41,633 nucleotides of DNA, from NCBI GenBank assembly GCA_048940925.1, contig JBHLOC010000038.1, positions 4,602 through 46,234 on the forward strand. Reading direction: 5' to 3'. Of the stretch, positions 38,564 through 41,633 are shown piece after piece. Position numbers and translations under genes: made by a program. Every line of letters begins with the position of its first letter. The first letter of the stretch is position 1. The stretch is from Promethearchaeota archaeon. Lineage in GTDB: Archaea > Asgardarchaeota > Lokiarchaeia > Sigyniarchaeales > SOKP01. The notes beneath the pieces were generated by a model. That model did not search any database and had not been told where the DNA came from. It saw only the letters and a program-made list of their open reading frames with translations.

Positions 38564-39559
38564 TTGAGTAAAGGAGAATTTCTATGGGTTATTGGTGGAA
38601 AACTTGAAAATAAATATACTGTTGGAGATACAACTGTTTATAATATTGGTGCCGATGAATGGTATAGTAGTGTAAATTGTCAAATATCTCCGATGCTTGT
38701 GCCCGTCCAAGGTGCTGGTTGGACTTTATTTGACAATAAAATCTTTTGTTTCGGGGGGAAAACTAAACCTCATTCTGGATGCTGTGATCATGTTCAAGTT
38801 TATAAAATAGAAGATGACACATGGGAATTCTATCATAAGATGCCAGAACCACGTAGTAAATTAGGTAAATTTTATCCTGTTGTAAATAACCAATATATTT
38901 ACCTTTTTGGAGGTGATAATGCTCAGGGACGATTTAATCGCGTGAATTGGAATTGGAGGTATAACTTATTAAATGATGTATGGAAGGAAGATGTTGCGGA
39001 TGCTCCTTTTTCGCAATCATTTCCTATTCCCACCTATCATAATGGATGGTTATATTATTCAACGGGAAATACAGGAAATAAATCTGAACAAAATTCTTAT
39101 GAGGGATCTTTAAATCAGCGATATAATCCTAAAAAAGATATATGGGAAGTGATGGAACCATGTCCAATTCCTACTACCGATGGATCAGGAGATAAATGGC
39201 GAAATGAATTACACATAATAGGTGGATGGAATATAAATGAAGATTTTTATAACCCAAACGTAGAAAATTATAAAGGTCCTGTTAAAAAGCAGCACTTAGT
39301 CTATAATTACAATTTCGATACTTGGAAATTCGAATCTGCATTACCAGGACATTGGCATCACGGGGGCACCCGTGCTAGTAAAAACTTCCTTTGGCGATTT
39401 TTAGGAACTATAGATGAAGACATTAACATTAGGTCGTCCAATCCGCATTCAAATAAAATTTTTAAATGGGATGGACAAAATTGGGATGAAATGAAAGAAG
39501 CTCCTGTTCGAAAAATGAATTTTGGGACAATTTATACAAATATCGGACCACCATTCTAA
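38564..39559 (+). CDS. Kelch-repeat beta-propeller protein
   Basis: Repeated hydrophobic-GG...Y...W...P units (IFCFGG, IYLFGG, LHIIGG, RYNPKKDIW). TTG start. Confidence 0.82.
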   Translation: MSKGEFLWVIGGKLENKYTVGDTTVYNIGADEWYSSVNCQISPMLVPVQGAGWTLFDNKIFCFGGKTKPHSGCCDHVQVYKIEDDTWEFYHKMPEPRSKLGKFYPVVNNQYIYLFGGDNAQGRFNRVNWNWRYNLLNDVWKEDVADAPFSQSFPIPTYHNGWLYYSTGNTGNKSEQNSYEGSLNQRYNPKKDIWEVMEPCPIPTTDGSGDKWRNELHIIGGWNINEDFYNPNVENYKGPVKKQHLVYNYNFDTWKFESALPGHWHHGGTRASKNFLWRFLGTIDEDINIRSSNPHSNKIFKWDGQNWDEMKEAPVRKMNFGTIYTNIGPPF

Positions 39560-39629
39560 ACCTTATAAATTTAGTTTAGTTTCACTATTTTTAACTAGAC
39601 TTTAAACAGATAGTAATCCTCTAGGATAT

Positions 39630-40523
39630 ATGAATGAAGATTCCGCATTAACATTGAAAAAGGCGTATGAAAACGGAGAAACCATAACCTTGAATGAAGC
39701 TCAGAAAATGCTTGAGCAATCAGAACTAGTAGAAAAGCTTTTAGAGCCCCCAAAAAGGAGTCCAGAGACTTTCGTTGGTATCCGAGCTTATGAATGGCGT
39801 CTACTAGAGCTCTCAGAAATACCCTTTACGAATACATTAGGAAAAGTTCAGAATTGGATTGAACTTCTTGTTGATAAATCTTATATTAAAGAAGGATTCT
39901 CTTTAGAAGGAAATGTAGACAATTTACTTGCCTGTCACAATGCCATGATCACTAATATCCTTCTAAGGATGGAATATGAAGATAAAGAGAAGATAGACGC
40001 TGGAATAGACTGGATTTTAAAGTATCAATCTGTTGAGAGAGGAAAAGAATGTAATTGGCCTGGTAAAGATCTCTATACGAGGTTTGGAGGTTGTATGAGA
40101 AAAACTCCGTGTTATTATAGCGTTGTAAAATCGATGGTAACACTTACAGAGTATAAGAAAAGATTTGGCGAGTCAAAAGAGCTCAATAATAAACTAAAGC
40201 AAGGATTAGAATATATTCTCCAACACAGAGTGTTTAAGAAACTATCTACAGATAAACCCATTGAGGATTCGATAATCTTAAACTTTTACCCGTATACATA
40301 TAGATCGAATATTATAGAAATTTTATTGTTATTGAAAGTGAATGGTTTAATGGAAGATAAACGATGTAAAGATGCCATAGAAATATTAAAAAAGAAACAA
40401 AGATCTGATGGATACTGGCAAGCTGACACCTCATATATGAAAAGTGCGTGGATAGATTTTGATATACCTAAAAAACCTGGTTTATGGATAAGTTATATAA
40501 TTGGAGAATTACTGAATAACTAA
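39630..40523 (+). CDS. Hypothetical alpha/alpha-barrel-like protein (prenyltransferase/squalene-cyclase-like repeats)
   Basis: AGIDWILKYQ, GLEYILQH, AIEILKKKQRSDGYW, KPGLWIS. Confidence 0.6.
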   Translation: MNEDSALTLKKAYENGETITLNEAQKMLEQSELVEKLLEPPKRSPETFVGIRAYEWRLLELSEIPFTNTLGKVQNWIELLVDKSYIKEGFSLEGNVDNLLACHNAMITNILLRMEYEDKEKIDAGIDWILKYQSVERGKECNWPGKDLYTRFGGCMRKTPCYYSVVKSMVTLTEYKKRFGESKELNNKLKQGLEYILQHRVFKKLSTDKPIEDSIILNFYPYTYRSNIIEILLLLKVNGLMEDKRCKDAIEILKKKQRSDGYWQADTSYMKSAWIDFDIPKKPGLWISYIIGELLNN

Positions 40524-40643
40524 ATTCAAGATTATTATATCAATTCCAAATAATAATTTCATCCAGAACTGACACTTTCTTATTAAAATCAAATGTTTTA
40601 TTACTAATCTGTTTAATGACTTTTAGGATTATGTTTGTAGAAT

Positions 40644-40835
40644 TTCAGCTTCAATGGCGATATCGCGTTTACCATCGCAATCAGAACTCTATTTGGAAGA
40701 AACAACACGTATTTTGCCCAAGCTGGAGGCGGTATTATTGCCGATTGTCAACCTCAGGAAGAATACATGGAGACATATAACAAACTCTATAGTGTATTGA
40801 AATCAATAAAAATCGCGGAGGCAAGAGAAAAATGA
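40644..40835 (+). pseudogene. trpE: C-terminal remnant of anthranilate synthase component I (TrpE/PabB family)
   Basis: FSFNGDIAFTIAIRTL...AQAGGGIIADCQPQEEYMETYNK. In-frame TAG at 40638 and no upstream gene body. The stop overlaps the next ATG (ATGA). Confidence 0.85.
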
Positions 40836-41419
40836 AAATCCTATTTATTAATAATTATGATAGTTTTGTATATAATCTGGTCAATTATGCCAATTACAAC
40901 CAGACGCTGAAATAAATGTTGGGGATAACCATATTGCAGTAGATAAGGTAAAAGAAATGAATGCTGATAAAATAATTATCTCATCTGGTCGGACATCCTA
41001 AATATGATACGGGCACAGTAATTCCAATCATTAAGGAATTATACACCAAAATACCGATATTGGGAATCTGCTTAGGTCATCAAGCAATTGTCGAAGCGTT
41101 TGGAGAAGATGGAGATATTGAATACGTGGGCAGAGCTAAAGTGGGTCCCATGCACGGCAAGGAATCTAAAGTATTCCATGACCAAGAAACAATTCTAAAA
41201 AACGTTCCTAATCCCTTACAGGTTATTAGATACCATTCATTAGCTGTTAAATCCGATATCTTGCCACAAGACCTAAAGATCAGCGCCATTGCGGATGATG
41301 GTACCATAATGGGTGTTCGTCATAAGCAATATGCTATAGAAGGATTACAATTCCACCTCGAATTCATCAAGGTGAAGCCTCACGGCATTCAAATCTTAAA
41401 AAATTTCTTAGAACTTTAA
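40832..41419 (+). pseudogene. trpG: Frameshifted anthranilate synthase component II (TrpG/PabA glutamine amidotransferase)
   Basis: MKILFINNYDSFVYNLV, shift near 40890, QLQPD...KIIISSG, shift near 40990, GHPK...PILGICLGHQ...MHGK...RYHSL...GLQFHLE. Confidence 0.88.
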
Positions 41420-41449
41420 TTTTAATCTAAAAAAAAATAAAAAAAAAGA

Positions 41450-41633
41450 TTAAATAGGATTAGTGTCTTGATCATCTGCAAAGAGAAATACCTCATCGAT
41501 TTTAGAGTTTAATGCTTTTGAGATTTTATGAGCTAGAACAAGAGAAGGATTATATTTTCCTTTTTCAATATAAAGGATCGTTTCGCGCCGGACATTAACC
41601 ATTTTAGCTAAATCACTCTGAGTCAGATTATAT
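41450..41633 (-). CDS. XRE-family helix-turn-helix regulator, 5' end outside window (not in ORF track)
   Basis: Manual translation: YNLTQSDLAKMVNVRRETILYIEKGKYNPSLVLAHKISKALNSKIDEVF...stop. Confidence 0.9.
   Translation of the reverse strand, partial: YNLTQSDLAKMVNVRRETILYIEKGKYNPSLVLAHKISKALNSKIDEVFLFADDQDTNPI

Noticed and set aside
982-41307. Remaining short ORFs nested in or antisense to long CDS
   Set aside because: They overlap well-supported genes and have no family motifs.
41060-41419. ORF-track 119-aa protein as an intact gene
   Set aside because: It is the distal frame of the frameshifted trpG-like pseudogene.
1-41633. CRISPR arrays, tRNA/rRNA, transposases, integrases or prophage genes
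   Set aside because: None recognised by eye. Poly-A/T runs between genes look like ordinary archaeal terminators. A covariance-model scan would be needed to exclude small RNAs.

Overview
AT-rich, gene-dense window that looks archaeal, most likely Asgard/Lokiarchaeia. This is an inference from an Arf-like GTPase fusion, a Loki-CTERM-like sorting tail, a geranylgeranyl reductase, an archaeal HTH_45-like regulator and GGTGA/GAGGT ribosome-binding sites. About 33 intact or window-truncated CDS are present, mostly redox and catabolic enzymes: amidohydrolases, an NDP-forming acyl-CoA synthetase alpha subunit, an OYE, two paralogous LLM oxidoreductases, esterases, an SDR, WrbA and methyltransferases. 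Highlights: (1) a 1124-aa protein joining longin/uDENN-like domains, an Arf-family GTPase, PAS-PAS-GAF and a dead histidine-kinase module, with a candidate folliculin/SMCR8-type arginine finger; (2) a five-gene cluster of membrane protein, SPASM radical SAM enzyme, N-methyltransferase-like protein and TIGR04282/TIGR04283-like transferases, resembling but distinct from arsenosugar loci; (3) a SIR2-TPR protein with no NTPase; (4) a CDF-like transporter flanked by two winged-helix-like domains; (5) wrbA with an apparent ATA start; (6) a decayed trpE-trpG pair. No rRNA, tRNA, CRISPR array or transposase was recognised. All calls are by eye from motifs; no searches were run.
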